NCBI GenBank assembly: GCA_963845515.1
Contig: CAWJSR010000010.1
Coordinates: 96,001-160,000, forward strand
Reading direction: 5' to 3'
DNA: 64,000 bases
From: an uncultured delta proteobacterium
GTDB taxonomy: Bacteria; Myxococcota; Myxococcia; Myxococcales; Anaeromyxobacteraceae
The position numbers and the translations under genes were made by a program. Below are positions 1 to 10,529 of this stretch, one piece after another (the stretch's first letter is position 1; every line of letters begins with the position of its first letter). The notes under the pieces are model-generated. The model was not told where the DNA came from, searched no databases, and saw only the letters and a program-made list of their open reading frames with translations.

Positions 1-477
1 CACCTGCCGCTCCTGGAGCAGGTACATGATCGCGACGCCGGCGGCGAGCGCGAAGCAGGCGAGCCCGGCGAACGAGGCCGAGACGTGGACCGGGAGCCAG
101 CGGCTCTTCACCGCCTCGGGCACGTCCCCCGGGAGGTCGAGGCGGCCGAAGAGCGTCGGGACGAGGAGCATCACCACGAGCGGCGTGACGAAGGCCCCGA
201 CCGACGGCATCCGGTAGGCGCGCTGGAAGAGCATGTAGCCGGCGGCGAGGAGCCACGCGAAGAAGATCGCGCCGCCCCTCAGGGTGAAGAACTCGAGCCC
301 GCCGAACTCCTTGCAGCCGAAGCCGATGGCGGCCGCGTGGACCACGAAGCCGAACGCCAGCGACCAGTGCGCGACGGTCGCGACGCGCGGGTGCTTCGGC
401 CGGGCGAAGTAGAGGACGAAGGCCGAGGCGGCGACCACGTACGCAGCGGCCGCGATGCGGAGCAGGACCAGGCTCAA
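1..477 (-). CDS. Cytochrome c assembly protein (CcsA/HemX-like), runs off the left window edge
   Basis: Not in the ORF track. Read manually from TTG at 477, which overlaps the upstream TGA: MSLVLLRIAAAAYVVAASAFVLYF...VHAAAIG...WLPVHVSASFAGLACFALAAGVAIMYLLQERQV. Multi-TM protein with the 'WLPVH...YLLQER' pattern typical of this family. Confidence 0.75.
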   Translation of the reverse strand, partial: MSLVLLRIAAAAYVVAASAFVLYFARPKHPRVATVAHWSLAFGFVVHAAAIGFGCKEFGGLEFFTLRGGAIFFAWLLAAGYMLFQRAYRMPSVGAFVTPLVVMLLVPTLFGRLDLPGDVPEAVKSRWLPVHVSASFAGLACFALAAGVAIMYLLQERQV

Positions 478-947
478 GAGAGGTTCTCCAACAGGAACTT
501 CGCGAGCGCCTCCGCCTCCTGGCGGCGCGCCTCCAGATCGCGGGGCATCGCGGCGGCCTGCCCGGCCGCCGGTGACGCCGGCTGGGCCCCCTGCGCCGCC
601 GCCGCGCGGGGCTGCGCCTGCGCTGCGGCCGCGGCCTGCAGCACCGAGACCTCGGCGAGGAAGCCCGGCTCCACCTGGTAGGCGGTGTCCTTGTAGATGA
701 CCGACGCGTCGATGTGGTCCGCGCCCAGCTCGCGGAGCTGCGCGTCGCTCTTCACCTTGCGGAGGAGCTGGTGGGGGTCCGCCTCGCCACCCTCGACCGT
801 GACGAACTTCACCGCCGGCTCGAGGGCGTAGCTCCGCCCCTTGCCATCGCCGGACAGCAGCGTCATGACGTTGCCGACGAAGTCAATCTTGCCTTGCTCG
901 GTCCAGGAATCGAGCATGTTCTGCGAGACGAAGAGGAGCCCGCTCAT
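474..947 (-). CDS. Conserved hypothetical protein (myxobacterial type)
   Basis: ORF MSGLLFVSQNMLDSWTEQGKIDF...LAKFLLENLS with typical codon usage; its stop overlaps the start of the next gene. Confidence 0.7.
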   Translation of the reverse strand: MSGLLFVSQNMLDSWTEQGKIDFVGNVMTLLSGDGKGRSYALEPAVKFVTVEGGEADPHQLLRKVKSDAQLRELGADHIDASVIYKDTAYQVEPGFLAEVSVLQAAAAAQAQPRAAAAQGAQPASPAAGQAAAMPRDLEARRQEAEALAKFLLENLS

Positions 948-1120
948 CGAACCCTTTGCCCACCCCGCGGCTCTTGGAGACACGCCAGAACCGGCGTCCT
1001 GCCCGGGGCTGCGGGGACAAAGAAGCTACCACGCACCCCGGCGGCTTGAAAGGGTCCCGGTCCGCGGCTATTTAGAGCCTCTCGACACCTTCAAGCCCCC
1101 CCCAAAAAGCCGGAGCAAAC

Positions 1121-1453
1121 ATGTCCTCTGCCGACGTCGTCCAGTTCAAGGACTCCACCTTCCAGACCGAGGTGCTCAAGAGCGAGATCCCGGTCCTGGT
1201 CGACTTCTGGGCGGTCTGGTGCGGGCCCTGCAAGGCGATCGCGCCGGTCGTCGAGGAGCTTGCGACGCTCTACAAGGGCAAGGTGAAGATCGGGAAGATG
1301 GACGTGGACCACGAGCAGCAGGTCCCGCAGCAGTTCGGCATCCGCTCCATCCCCACCCTGCTCGTCTTCAAGGGCGGGCGCGTCGTCGACACCATCATCG
1401 GCGCCGTCCCGAAGTCCAAGATCGAGGAGAGCCTCAAGAAGGCGATGGGGTAG
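1121..1453 (+). CDS. trxA: Thioredoxin
   Basis: DFWAVWCGPCK active site, cis-Pro motif SIPTL, GGAG RBS. Confidence 0.97.
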   Translation: MSSADVVQFKDSTFQTEVLKSEIPVLVDFWAVWCGPCKAIAPVVEELATLYKGKVKIGKMDVDHEQQVPQQFGIRSIPTLLVFKGGRVVDTIIGAVPKSKIEESLKKAMG

Positions 1454-1478
1454 GACCGCCCGCCATCAGCGTCCTCAC

Positions 1479-1514
1479 GGGGCCCGCGCCTCCCGTCGAG
1501 GGAGGGCGGGCCTC
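1479..1514. terminator. GC-rich hairpin between convergent trxA and rodA
   Basis: Imperfect inverted repeat GGGGCCCGCGCCTCCC-GTCGA-GGGAGGGCGGGCCTC; no poly-T tail. Confidence 0.45.
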
Positions 1515-1520
1515 GGCGCG

Positions 1521-2654
1521 TCAGTTCACGAACCGTCTCATCGACACGTTCGCGAGCAGCCCGAGCGCGATGAAGATCGTCATCACCGACGACCCACCGT
1601 AGCTCATGAGCGGCAGCGTGACGCCGACGACCGGCAGGAGCCCGCTCACCATCCCGACGTTGATGAACGCTTGCCAGAAGAGCATGCCCGCCACGCCGAT
1701 GGCGACGTAGTGGCCGAACCGGTCGCGCGCGTTCGCGGCTATGTCGATCGCGGAGGCCACGAGCGCGAGGTAGAGCGTCAGCAGGATGAGGCAGCCGAGG
1801 AAGCCATGCTCCTCCGCCCAGACCGAGAAGACGAAGTCGGTGTGCTGCTCGGGCAGGAAGCGCATGTTGTTCTGCGTCCCCTGCCCCCACCCCTTCCCGG
1901 TCCCCTCCCCCGAGCCGACCGCGATCATCGACTGGGTCGCGTGGTAGCCGGCGCCGCGCACGTCCCCCTGCGGGTTGATGAAGGTCTCGATCCGCTTCTT
2001 CTGGTACGGCTTCAGGTGCGGGTAGCCGGCGGTCGCGCCGATGACGGCGACCGCGCCGAGGATGGCGATCGTGCGCCACCGCACCGGCGCGAAGAGGAGC
2101 ATGGTGAAGCCGGTCCCTGCCACGATCAGCGCGGTGCCGAGATCCGGCTGGAACTTCACCATGACCGCCGGGACCAGGACGATCGCCAGCGGGATCGCGA
2201 GCCCGAGGAGGCCATAGGGCTCCTTGCGCCGCTCGGCGTCGTCGTGCAGCCAGCGCGCCAACGCGAGCGTCACCGCCACCTTCGCCAGCTCGGAAGGCTG
2301 GAGGTTGAACGGCCCGAGCCCGATCCAGCGGCGCGCCCCCATCACCCGCTTCCCCTTCAGGGCGACGAAGATCAGGAGCAGGATCACGAGGCCGTAGAAG
2401 ACCCACGCGAAGCGCTGGTAGTTCCGGTAGTCGAGGAGGGAGATCCCGAGGGCGACCAGCGAGAAGACCACCATGAAGAGGAGCTGGAGCTTCCAGATCG
2501 GCGTCGCGCCGGGAGCGCCCGTGTTCCGCGAGGCGCTCGCCAGGTTCCAGACGCCGATGGCGCAGATCGAGGCGACGATCCAGGCGATGTGCCCCGGGAA
2601 CTGGGCGAAGGGCCGCCGCTCGGGGGACGACGAGAAGGAGAGCTCAAGGGCCAT
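1521..2654 (-). CDS. rodA: Rod shape-determining protein RodA (SEDS family)
   Basis: GARRWI, QPSELAK, QPDLGTA, LPEQHTDFVF and SYGGSS motifs; follows pbp2. Confidence 0.96.
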   Translation of the reverse strand: MALELSFSSSPERRPFAQFPGHIAWIVASICAIGVWNLASASRNTGAPGATPIWKLQLLFMVVFSLVALGISLLDYRNYQRFAWVFYGLVILLLIFVALKGKRVMGARRWIGLGPFNLQPSELAKVAVTLALARWLHDDAERRKEPYGLLGLAIPLAIVLVPAVMVKFQPDLGTALIVAGTGFTMLLFAPVRWRTIAILGAVAVIGATAGYPHLKPYQKKRIETFINPQGDVRGAGYHATQSMIAVGSGEGTGKGWGQGTQNNMRFLPEQHTDFVFSVWAEEHGFLGCLILLTLYLALVASAIDIAANARDRFGHYVAIGVAGMLFWQAFINVGMVSGLLPVVGVTLPLMSYGGSSVMTIFIALGLLANVSMRRFVN

Positions 2655-4584
2655 TGGCCACCCCGACAACGGGCCGCGCTGCGGCGGCGTCCCCTGCCTT
2701 CAGCTCGAGGTACTTCTTCACGAGCGCGCTCGCGGTCGGCGCGGCGTTCGACGCGCCGAAGCCCGAGTGCTCGTTCAGCACCACGACGACGATCTCGGGA
2801 TCCCTCGCCGGGGCGAACGCCGTGAACCACGCATGGTCCCGCTGGAAGTAGGGGACCTCGGAGGCCCTGAGCCGCCGCGCGCCCAGCGTGACGACCTGCG
2901 CCGTGCCGGTCTTCCCCGCCATCGTCGTCTCCTCCAGGCGCGACCACCAGCCGGTGCCGTAGGGCTCGTTCACCGCGGCGAGGAGTCCCTTGAGCACGGT
3001 CTCGCGGGTGCTCGGCTGGACCGCCAGCGTGCCGCGCGCCTCCGGCCCGAACTCCTGAACGACGCGGCCGTCGGCGTCCTCGATGCGGAGCACGACCTGT
3101 GGCCGCCAGACCGTCCCGGTCGCGAGCGCCCCGTACATGACGAGCTGCTGCATGGGCGTGACGTTGACGTCCCCCTGGCCGATGGCGAGGTTGACCGCCA
3201 TCCCCCGCTGGTAGCCGCCGCGGACCTTCGCGTCGTGCCAGGCGACGTCGGGGATGACGCCGGGCACCTCGCCCGCGATGTCGAAGCCGGTCAGCTGGCC
3301 GAGGCCGAGCGCACGCGACCACTTCGCGATGGCGTCGGCCCCGAGCTGCGCGCCCGCGGCGTAGAAGAAGACGTCGCAGCTCGCGCCGAGCGCGTGCTCG
3401 AAGTCGACGGCACCGTGGCCCGACTCCTTGTCGCAGCGCCACCTGTGGGAGCCGTAGGTGTAGTGGCCTGGGCACCAGACGGTCGTGCCGGGCCGGAAGA
3501 TCCCCTCCTCCAGCGCGGCGACCGACGTGACCACCTTGTAGGTCGAGCCAGGGTGGTAGTGCTGCTGGATGGCGCGGAAGAGCTCGGGCTTGAGCGGATC
3601 GTCGTGGATGGCCTTCAGCTCAGCCGCCGTTATCCGGCCCGACATCTTGTTCGGATCCGGCGCGGGCCGATCGACGAGGGCCAGGAGGAAGCCGGTCCTG
3701 GCGTCCATCGCGGCGACGACGCCGGCCGTCGCGGGGAAGGTCTTCTCGGCGAACTCCTGGAGCCGCCAGTCGATCGAGAGGACCAGGTTCTGCCCCGGGC
3801 GCGACGGGACGAACCGCTTCTCGTCCGGACCCAGCGCGGCGGCGTCGAGCGCCCTCCCCTTGGAGTCGACCGGGACGAAGTGGATGCCGTCGACGCCGCG
3901 GAGCGTCCGCTCGAAGCGGCGCTCCAGCCCGCGCCGCCCGACGTAGTCCCCGGGCGAGTACGGCACGGTGTCCGGCCCTACCCGCTTGAGCTCCTGGTTC
4001 AGCGACTCCAGCTCCTTTGGGCCGACCTCGTTCATGTAGCCGATGAGGTGGCCGCCGAGCCCCGAGTAGCGGTAGTCGCGGTGAGGAACCGGCTGGACGT
4101 CGACGCCCGGCAGCTCCTCGTACAGCGCCTCGAGCACGTCGACGTCTTCGCGCCGGACGTCCACCCGGACGACGAAGGGCTTGAAGCGCGCGTTCTTCTT
4201 CCAGCGGGCGCCGGCGAGCCGCTCGAGGGCGGAGGCGTGCTCCTCGAGGGACATGCCGAGGATCACCCCGAGCCGATCGATGATCGCCTCGCACTGGCTG
4301 CCGCAGTAGTTGGGAGTCAGCGTGACGTCGAAGCTCGGCCGCTGGTCGACCAGGACGACGTGGTTGCGGTCGACGATGAGGCCGCGGTCCGCCGGGATCC
4401 GGACCTCCTTGAGGTAGTTGTCCTCCGCGCGGACGCGGTACTCGTCGCCGCGCACCAGCTGGAGCCAGAAGAGCTTGCCGATGAGCGACAGGAACGCGAC
4501 GATCACGACCAGCGTCGCCCAGGCCAGCTTGGGCCTGAACTCGCTCTGGGCGGCGCCTGGCGCGGATCCGGGGAGGAGTGACAT
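2644..4584 (-). CDS. mrdA: Penicillin-binding protein 2
   Basis: N-terminal TM, RGLIVDRN, PGSTYK (SxxK), SCDVFFY and KTGTAQ motifs; mreCD-rodA context. Confidence 0.96.
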   Translation of the reverse strand: MSLLPGSAPGAAQSEFRPKLAWATLVVIVAFLSLIGKLFWLQLVRGDEYRVRAEDNYLKEVRIPADRGLIVDRNHVVLVDQRPSFDVTLTPNYCGSQCEAIIDRLGVILGMSLEEHASALERLAGARWKKNARFKPFVVRVDVRREDVDVLEALYEELPGVDVQPVPHRDYRYSGLGGHLIGYMNEVGPKELESLNQELKRVGPDTVPYSPGDYVGRRGLERRFERTLRGVDGIHFVPVDSKGRALDAAALGPDEKRFVPSRPGQNLVLSIDWRLQEFAEKTFPATAGVVAAMDARTGFLLALVDRPAPDPNKMSGRITAAELKAIHDDPLKPELFRAIQQHYHPGSTYKVVTSVAALEEGIFRPGTTVWCPGHYTYGSHRWRCDKESGHGAVDFEHALGASCDVFFYAAGAQLGADAIAKWSRALGLGQLTGFDIAGEVPGVIPDVAWHDAKVRGGYQRGMAVNLAIGQGDVNVTPMQQLVMYGALATGTVWRPQVVLRIEDADGRVVQEFGPEARGTLAVQPSTRETVLKGLLAAVNEPYGTGWWSRLEETTMAGKTGTAQVVTLGARRLRASEVPYFQRDHAWFTAFAPARDPEIVVVVLNEHSGFGASNAAPTASALVKKYLELKAGDAAAARPVVGVANGP

Positions 4585-4587
4585 GGG

Positions 4588-5097
4588 CTAGGGCACGAGC
4601 TCCGACTCCTCGCGTCCCAGCAGGACGCCGAGCCGGTTCATGCCGGTGAGGACGAGCGGCGAGGCCGCCGCGGTCAGGAGCGCCTCCAGGAGCGTCCGTG
4701 GCAGCAGCAGCGCCCCTGGCGCCGCCTCGGGTGCGCCCGCCCACCGCTGGAGCAGGACGGCGCCGAGCGTGAGCAGGAAGCAGCCTGCCCCGGTCAGGAC
4801 GGCAAACCCTGCCTTGCCCCGCAGATCCACCGCCAGGCCCGCCGCGCGGCTCCCGAGGAACAGGACGACGGCGAGGAAGGTGAAGAGCCCCTTGGGCGTG
4901 CCGGCGAAGAGGTCCATGACCCACCCGATCCCGGCGGCCGCGGTGACGCCCTCGACGTTCTCCGCCTCGAGCCCGAGCCAGACCACGAGGGGGACCAGGA
5001 GCTGGAGCGGCACCGCTCCTCCGCCGATCCAGCGCAGCAGTACCGCCTGGACCGTGGCAGCGACAAGCCCCGTCAGCACGAATGCGAGCGGCCTCAA
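4588..5097 (-). CDS. mreD: Rod shape-determining protein MreD
   Basis: Hydrophobic 169-aa protein with GWVMDLF motif, between mreC and pbp2. Confidence 0.8.
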   Translation of the reverse strand: MRPLAFVLTGLVAATVQAVLLRWIGGGAVPLQLLVPLVVWLGLEAENVEGVTAAAGIGWVMDLFAGTPKGLFTFLAVVLFLGSRAAGLAVDLRGKAGFAVLTGAGCFLLTLGAVLLQRWAGAPEAAPGALLLPRTLLEALLTAAASPLVLTGMNRLGVLLGREESELVP

Positions 5098-6176
5098 CTC
5101 AGCCCCCCCCAGCCGGAGGTGGCATGGCAGCGGGCAGGACAGGGGCCGGGGCGCGCGGAGCCGGCGCGGCCGCAGGCGCCGCGCGGGGAGCCGGCGTCGC
5201 CGGGGCCGGAGCCGGACGGGGCCGCGGGCGGGGCCGCGGCAGCGGCGCGCAGCCCGGGAGCCGCGCCGGCCGAAGGCGAAGCGACTGGGGGCTGCGACGC
5301 CGGGCCGGGCGACGCCGAGGCGGGCGCGGGCGCGGGAGCCTCGTCCGCGCCGTCGACCGCCGTGATCACCAGGACCTCCTCCGCGCGGGTCGGGTCGACC
5401 GCGGGGATGACGTCCGCCGTCTGGAACAGGCCGTGCGGGCGGCGCTGGATCCCGGTCACGGTCCCCACGAGGAGGCCTCGCGGGAAGACGCCGTCGGTCC
5501 CCGAGGTCACCAGGCGATCGCCTTCGATCATGTCCTCGCTGCGCAGCGCGTAGTCGAGCCGCGCGGACCCCGGCTTGCCGTTGCCGCGCACGTTCGCGCG
5601 CGCGCGGGTGCGCTCGACCCGGACCGCGATGGAGGAGTTGCGATCGATCACGAGCAGGACGTCGGCGGTGCGACCGGTGACGGCTCCGATGCGGCCGACC
5701 ACGCCGTCCGCGACCACGACCGGCATCATGCGAACCACCCCATCGTCGCTACCGCGATCGAGCGTCAGGGTCTGGAAGCCAGCCGGCCCCATCCCGACCC
5801 CTATGACGCGGGCGGCGATCCAGCGCCGCTCGGGCGTCGCCTCGGCGAGGGAGAGGAGGCGGAGGAGCCGATCGTTCTCGAGCTGCTGCTGCCGCAGCCG
5901 CTCGTTCTCCATCCGGAGCTCGGTCACACTGCGGTCGAGCTCCCGCGCCCGATCGTGCGCGCCGCGGAGCGAGAGGTATCCGTCCCATCCCCTCAGCGTC
6001 CCGGAGATGGACCAGGCGAGCAGCCGCTCGAGGGGGGATGTGACGGCGAGCACGACCCTGTCGACGCGCGAGCGCTCGCCGGGAGCCTTGGCGTGGGCCA
6101 CGTAGACGCCGAGGGGGACGAGGAGCAGGGCGGCAACGAGGATGAGCTCGCGATAGCGCCGAATCAGAGCGAGCAA
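5094..6176 (-). CDS. mreC: Rod shape-determining protein MreC
   Basis: N-terminal TM, coiled coil ENERLR, DRGSDDGV, TSGTDGVFPRGL, Pro/Ala-rich tail. Confidence 0.93.
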   Translation of the reverse strand: MLALIRRYRELILVAALLLVPLGVYVAHAKAPGERSRVDRVVLAVTSPLERLLAWSISGTLRGWDGYLSLRGAHDRARELDRSVTELRMENERLRQQQLENDRLLRLLSLAEATPERRWIAARVIGVGMGPAGFQTLTLDRGSDDGVVRMMPVVVADGVVGRIGAVTGRTADVLLVIDRNSSIAVRVERTRARANVRGNGKPGSARLDYALRSEDMIEGDRLVTSGTDGVFPRGLLVGTVTGIQRRPHGLFQTADVIPAVDPTRAEEVLVITAVDGADEAPAPAPASASPGPASQPPVASPSAGAAPGLRAAAAAPPAAPSGSGPGDAGSPRGACGRAGSARPGPCPARCHATSGWGGLS

Positions 6177-6290
6177 GAGAACCCCAAAGACCCCGTAACC
6201 GCTTGCATTCTATCCGGCCTCGACTAGGGTATTCAACCTTCCACGCGGCGCCCTCCGCGCCGCGTCACGCGACTCGGGGCAAAGACTCTC

Positions 6291-7835
6291 ATGCTCGATA
6301 AAGTGCGCCAGAACAAGGGCGGATTCATCACCTGGATCTTCCTCGGCGCCATCATCCTCGTCTTCGTCGTCTCCTTCGGCCCCGGCTCCTACGACAAGGG
6401 CTGCGCACCCGCGGCTCCCACCTGGGCCGCCAAGGTGAACGGAGTGACCCTGCCCGCCTCGGAGTTCGAGCGCGAGTACGAGAACCTGCTCCGCTTCTAC
6501 CAGCAGTTCGGCCAGGCGCCTACCCGTGAGCTCGCCGCGCAGATCGGGCTGCCGGGTCAGGCGCTCGACCGGATCATCGACCGGGAGCTCCTCGCACAGG
6601 AGGCCGGGCGCCAGGGGATCGTGGTCACCGACGCCGAGATCTCGCGGACGGTCCAGGAGATGCCGACCTTCCAGGCGGGCGGGCGCTTCGACTTCGACCA
6701 GTACGATCGCTACGCGCGGAACGTCGCGGGCTCCCCGGCCAAGTTCGAGGCCCTCCTGCGCAAGGACCTCCTTCACCAGAAGATGAAGGAGGCGCTCCGG
6801 CAGACCGTGAAGGTCTCCGAGGCGGAGATCCGGCAGGCGTGGTCGGACGAGCAGGACCGGGCATCCCTCACGTACGTCCGCTTCCCGCTCGCCGCCGCCG
6901 AGGCCGCCGCGAAGCCGTCGGACGCCGAGGTCGCAGCCTACGCCGACCGCGAGGCTTCCAAGATCGAGAAGACGTACGGCGAGAGCGCCGCGCGGTTCCA
7001 GAAGAAGCAGCGGGCCCACGTCCGCCACCTGCTCGCCCGCGCCCCGGAGACGGCCGATGCCGCCGCCGACGCCGCCGCGCGCGCCAAGGTCGAGGCCGCC
7101 GCCGCCCGGATCGCCGGGGGCGAGGAGTTCGCGAAGGTCGCCGCCGAGGTCTCGGACGACGCCGCGACGAAGGAGAAGGGGGGCGACCTCGGCTTCATCT
7201 CCCCCGAGCTGGTCGACGCGGCCTTCGCCGACGCCGCCTTCAAGCTCGCGGCCGGGCAGGTCTCCCCGCCGGTCCGGACCCGCTCCGGCTGGCACCTGGT
7301 GCAGGCGATCGCCGTGGAGCCGGCGCGCACGACCCCGCTCGCCGAGGCCAGGCTCGAGCTCGCACGCGAGCTCCTCACGAAGGAGCGCGCGCGCGCGCTG
7401 GCGATGCAGCGCGCCCAGGCGGCCCTCGACGCGGCGAAGGGCGGACGCGCACTCTCGGAGCTCTTCCCCGCGAAGAACCCGCCCAGGCTGGGCGACCAGC
7501 CGCTGACGGCCGCCGACACCACCAACTTCCGCGCCGCCGACGCCTCGGTCCCCGGCATCGGCTCGGCGCCGGGGCTGCGCGAGGACGCCCTCGCGTCCGC
7601 GGCCGGCCAGGCGCTACCCCGCGTCTACGAGGCCGCCGACGCGCTGGTGGTGGCGGTGGTGAAGACCCGCGAGCGGCCCGACCCGACCCTGTACGCGACG
7701 CAGCGCGCAGCGGTCGCAGAGCGGCTGGAGGGGAAGCGCGAGGCGGCCGTGCTGCAGACCTGGACGACTGACCTCGCGAAGAAGGCGCGGATCACCCGGA
7801 ACCCGGCCTACCTGGCGGCGGTCGGCGCCCAGTAG
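6291..7835 (+). CDS. PpiD/SurA-type peptidyl-prolyl isomerase chaperone
   Basis: N-terminal TM, SurA N-domain, parvulin domain (HVRHLL...SDDAATKEKGGDLGF...GWHLV). Confidence 0.9.
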   Translation: MLDKVRQNKGGFITWIFLGAIILVFVVSFGPGSYDKGCAPAAPTWAAKVNGVTLPASEFEREYENLLRFYQQFGQAPTRELAAQIGLPGQALDRIIDRELLAQEAGRQGIVVTDAEISRTVQEMPTFQAGGRFDFDQYDRYARNVAGSPAKFEALLRKDLLHQKMKEALRQTVKVSEAEIRQAWSDEQDRASLTYVRFPLAAAEAAAKPSDAEVAAYADREASKIEKTYGESAARFQKKQRAHVRHLLARAPETADAAADAAARAKVEAAAARIAGGEEFAKVAAEVSDDAATKEKGGDLGFISPELVDAAFADAAFKLAAGQVSPPVRTRSGWHLVQAIAVEPARTTPLAEARLELARELLTKERARALAMQRAQAALDAAKGGRALSELFPAKNPPRLGDQPLTAADTTNFRAADASVPGIGSAPGLREDALASAAGQALPRVYEAADALVVAVVKTRERPDPTLYATQRAAVAERLEGKREAAVLQTWTTDLAKKARITRNPAYLAAVGAQ

Positions 7836-7858
7836 GCGGCAGCGGGCAGCGCCGCTCG

Positions 7859-8923
7859 CTACACGGCCGCGCCGGCGAGGCTGCTGGCGTGCACGACCGC
7901 GTCACGTGACGAGGCCTTGACGAGGTACATCGCGCCGTCGGCGCGCTCCAGCAGCTCCTCGGCGCGCCGGCCGTCGATCGGCCACGTCGCCACCCCGAGG
8001 CTGGCGGTGAGCCGGACGGAGAGCCCGCGGTCGACGAGGAACGTGTGAGCAGCGACGGCCGCCCGCAGCCGCTCCGCCACCCCCATCGCCTGCTCCCGAT
8101 CTGCCTCCGGCAGCAGGATGACGTACTCGTCGCCGCCGTAGCGGGTGGGGATGTCGGTCTCGCGCAGGCCTCCTCGCAGCACCTCCCCCACCTCGCGCAG
8201 CGTCGCGCTCCCCGCCTGGTGGCCGTGGCTGTCGTTGACCAGCTTGAAGTGGTCGAGATCGATGAAGACGAGCGAGAACGGGCGGCCGTAGCGCTCGCTG
8301 CGGGTGACCTCCGCCTCCAGCACGCGCTTCAGGTGGCGGGCGTTGAAGAGGCCGGTGTGCTCGTCGACGACCGTGAGCTCGCGGATCCTCTCGAAGGCCT
8401 GGGCGTTCTCGATGGCTATGGCGGCGTGATCGGCGAGCGCCTGGACCGTGAGCAGGTCCTCGGGAGTCAGCTCCCGCTCCCCCTTCCCGCTCACCACCTC
8501 GATCACCCCGAGAGTGCGCCCCCTCGACACGAGCGGCACGGCGATGAGGCTGCCGGAGACGTTGCCGGACAGCGCGTCGTACCTGGGGGCGAAGCGCGGG
8601 TCGCGCGGCGCGTCCTGGACGAGGACGGGCTGTCCCTCCCTCGCGACCCACCCCGCGACCCCCTCTCCCACGGGCAGCCGCAGCGAGGCTATCTTCTCGC
8701 TGCCCGGTCCCGTCGCGACCTCGAAGCGGAGCTCCCGCGTGGTCTCGTCGACCAGCAGCAGCGAGAAGCGCGTAGCCCTGACCAGGTCCTGCGCGCGCCC
8801 CATCACGAGCCTGAGCACCTCGGTGAGGTCGAGCGTCGACGTGAGCGCGCGGCCGATTTCGTTGAGCGCCTGCAGCTCGTCGACGGTTCGCTTCAGCTCG
8901 CGCAGCAGGTCGTGTGGAAGCAT
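7859..8923 (-). CDS. GAF-domain diguanylate cyclase
   Basis: GAF domain (GEGVAGWVA), [21 protein letters not shown] active site and RETD I-site. Confidence 0.93.
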   Translation of the reverse strand: MLPHDLLRELKRTVDELQALNEIGRALTSTLDLTEVLRLVMGRAQDLVRATRFSLLLVDETTRELRFEVATGPGSEKIASLRLPVGEGVAGWVAREGQPVLVQDAPRDPRFAPRYDALSGNVSGSLIAVPLVSRGRTLGVIEVVSGKGERELTPEDLLTVQALADHAAIAIENAQAFERIRELTVVDEHTGLFNARHLKRVLEAEVTRSERYGRPFSLVFIDLDHFKLVNDSHGHQAGSATLREVGEVLRGGLRETDIPTRYGGDEYVILLPEADREQAMGVAERLRAAVAAHTFLVDRGLSVRLTASLGVATWPIDGRRAEELLERADGAMYLVKASSRDAVVHASSLAGAAV

Positions 8924-8971
8924 CGGATCGCCATGTGCCGTGGTAGCAATGTCCCCCCGGAGCCGTCAACG

Positions 8972-9544
8972 ATGCCAGTCTCGCACCTAGTCCTCGCCTC
9001 GGCGAGCCCGCGCCGCCGCGAGCTGCTGGAGCAGCTCGGGTTCACCCTCGCCATCCGGCCCGCCGACACCGACGAGTCGCCCCTGCCCGCCGAGCCACCC
9101 CGCGACTACGTCCTGCGCGTGGCCTGCGAGAAGGCGCGCGCCGTCGTCGGTGACCCGGTCCTCGCTGCCGACACCGCGGTCGTGCTCGGCAGCGCCATCC
9201 TGGGAAAGCCGCGGGACGTGGGCGACGCCCGCCGGATGCTGCGCGCCCTCTCCGGCGTCACGCACGAGGTGCTCACCGGGGTCTGCGTCCGGCGCGGCGG
9301 CGAGGAACGGACCGCGGTGGTGGCCGCGGAGGTCCGGCTCGACGCGCTGTCCGACGCCCAGATCGACTGGTACGTCGCCACCGGCGAGCCGCTGGACAAG
9401 GCGGGGGCCTACGCGATCCAGGGGCTCGCGGGTGCCTTCGTCCGGGAGCTGCGGGGGAGCGTCTCGAACGTGATCGGGCTGCCGCTCGCCGAGACGCTGG
9501 AGCTGCTGGCCGGCGCAGGCGTCAGGCTCCCCTGGGAGGGCTGA
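8972..9544 (+). CDS. maf: Maf family nucleotide pyrophosphatase
   Basis: [25 protein letters not shown] and NVIGLP motifs; ATG at 8972. Confidence 0.95.
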   Translation: MPVSHLVLASASPRRRELLEQLGFTLAIRPADTDESPLPAEPPRDYVLRVACEKARAVVGDPVLAADTAVVLGSAILGKPRDVGDARRMLRALSGVTHEVLTGVCVRRGGEERTAVVAAEVRLDALSDAQIDWYVATGEPLDKAGAYAIQGLAGAFVRELRGSVSNVIGLPLAETLELLAGAGVRLPWEG

Positions 9545-10189
9545 TGGAGATCGCCGCCAACCTCGCGCGCATCCGCGCCGCACTGCCGCCCGGAGTGACG
9601 CTCGTCGCCGTCTCCAAGACGCAGCCCCCCGAGGCGATCCGGGAGGCGTTCGCAGCCGGACAGCGCGACTTCGGCGAGAACTACGCGCAGGAGTGGCGGG
9701 CGAAGGCCGAGGCGCTGGCGGACCTCCCCGGGCTCCGCTGGCACTTCATCGGCGGGCTCCAGACCAACAAGGTGAAGTACCTCGCCGGCAGGGTCGCCTT
9801 CGTCCACACGGTCGACCGCGCTCGAGCTCGCCGAGGAGATCTCGCGGCGCTGGGCCAGGGCGGGCGACGTGGCGCGCATCCTGCTCGAGGTCGACCTCGG
9901 CGGTGAGGAGCGGAAGGCCGGGTGCGCACCTGCCGACGTCGCAGCCGCTGCTCGCGCGCATCAGCGACGCTCCCGGCCGTGGAGGTGGTGGGGCTCACCT
10001 GCATCCCGCCGCCCGCAGACGATCCACGCCCCCACTTCCGGGCGCTGCGCGCGCTGCGCGACCAGCTCGGGCTGCGAGGCGCTGTCGATGGGGATGAGCG
10101 GCGACTGGCAGATCGCCGTCGAGGAGGGAGCCACCTTCGTCCGGATCGGGAGCGCGATCTTCGGCGCCCGGCCGCCGAAGGAGGGCTAG
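9544..10189 (+). CDS. yggS: YggS/PROSC PLP-binding protein, split by frameshifts (probably sequencing errors)
   Basis: VAVSKT, FGENYAQE and WHFIGGLQTNK in the first frame; LSMGMSGDW...VRIGSAIFG in another frame; several frame switches between about 9820 and 10080. Confidence 0.9.
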
Positions 10190-10401
10190 AGCTCGCGCAG
10201 CTTCAGCCGCCCCTCGTCCGTGACGGTCACCTTGAACTCGACTCCGCAGTAGTAGCAGCGGATCTCGTCCCCGTCCCCGAAGCCGTCGTGCGGGTTGTTG
10301 GCGTTGCAGTCGGGGCAGTCGAAGTCGCTGAAGCGGCGATCCGCCCCCTGACCAGCCCTCTCCTTGTCGTCGTCGTCGTCGTAGCTCTGGTCGAACTGCA
10401 T
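10186..10401 (-). CDS. Small zinc-ribbon protein
   Basis: 71 aa with CPDC...CYYC pairs and an acidic N-terminus; GGAGG RBS before ATG at 10401. Confidence 0.75.
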   Translation of the reverse strand: MQFDQSYDDDDDKERAGQGADRRFSDFDCPDCNANNPHDGFGDGDEIRCYYCGVEFKVTVTDEGRLKLREL

Positions 10402-10529
10402 GAGGCGCCTCCCTGGCGGCTCCTCGAAGGGTAGCCGACCCCGTCGCTCCAACGCGACACCCGTGTCACGGAAAGCGTCGGTTCACGGGCACACCACACG
10501 AAAAGGCCAGTCTTGACGCCCGATACGCA

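Noticed and set aside
5094..6290. Absence of mreB upstream of mreC
   Set aside because: mreB is known to be encoded separately from mreCD-pbp2-rodA in myxobacteria, so this is not unusual.
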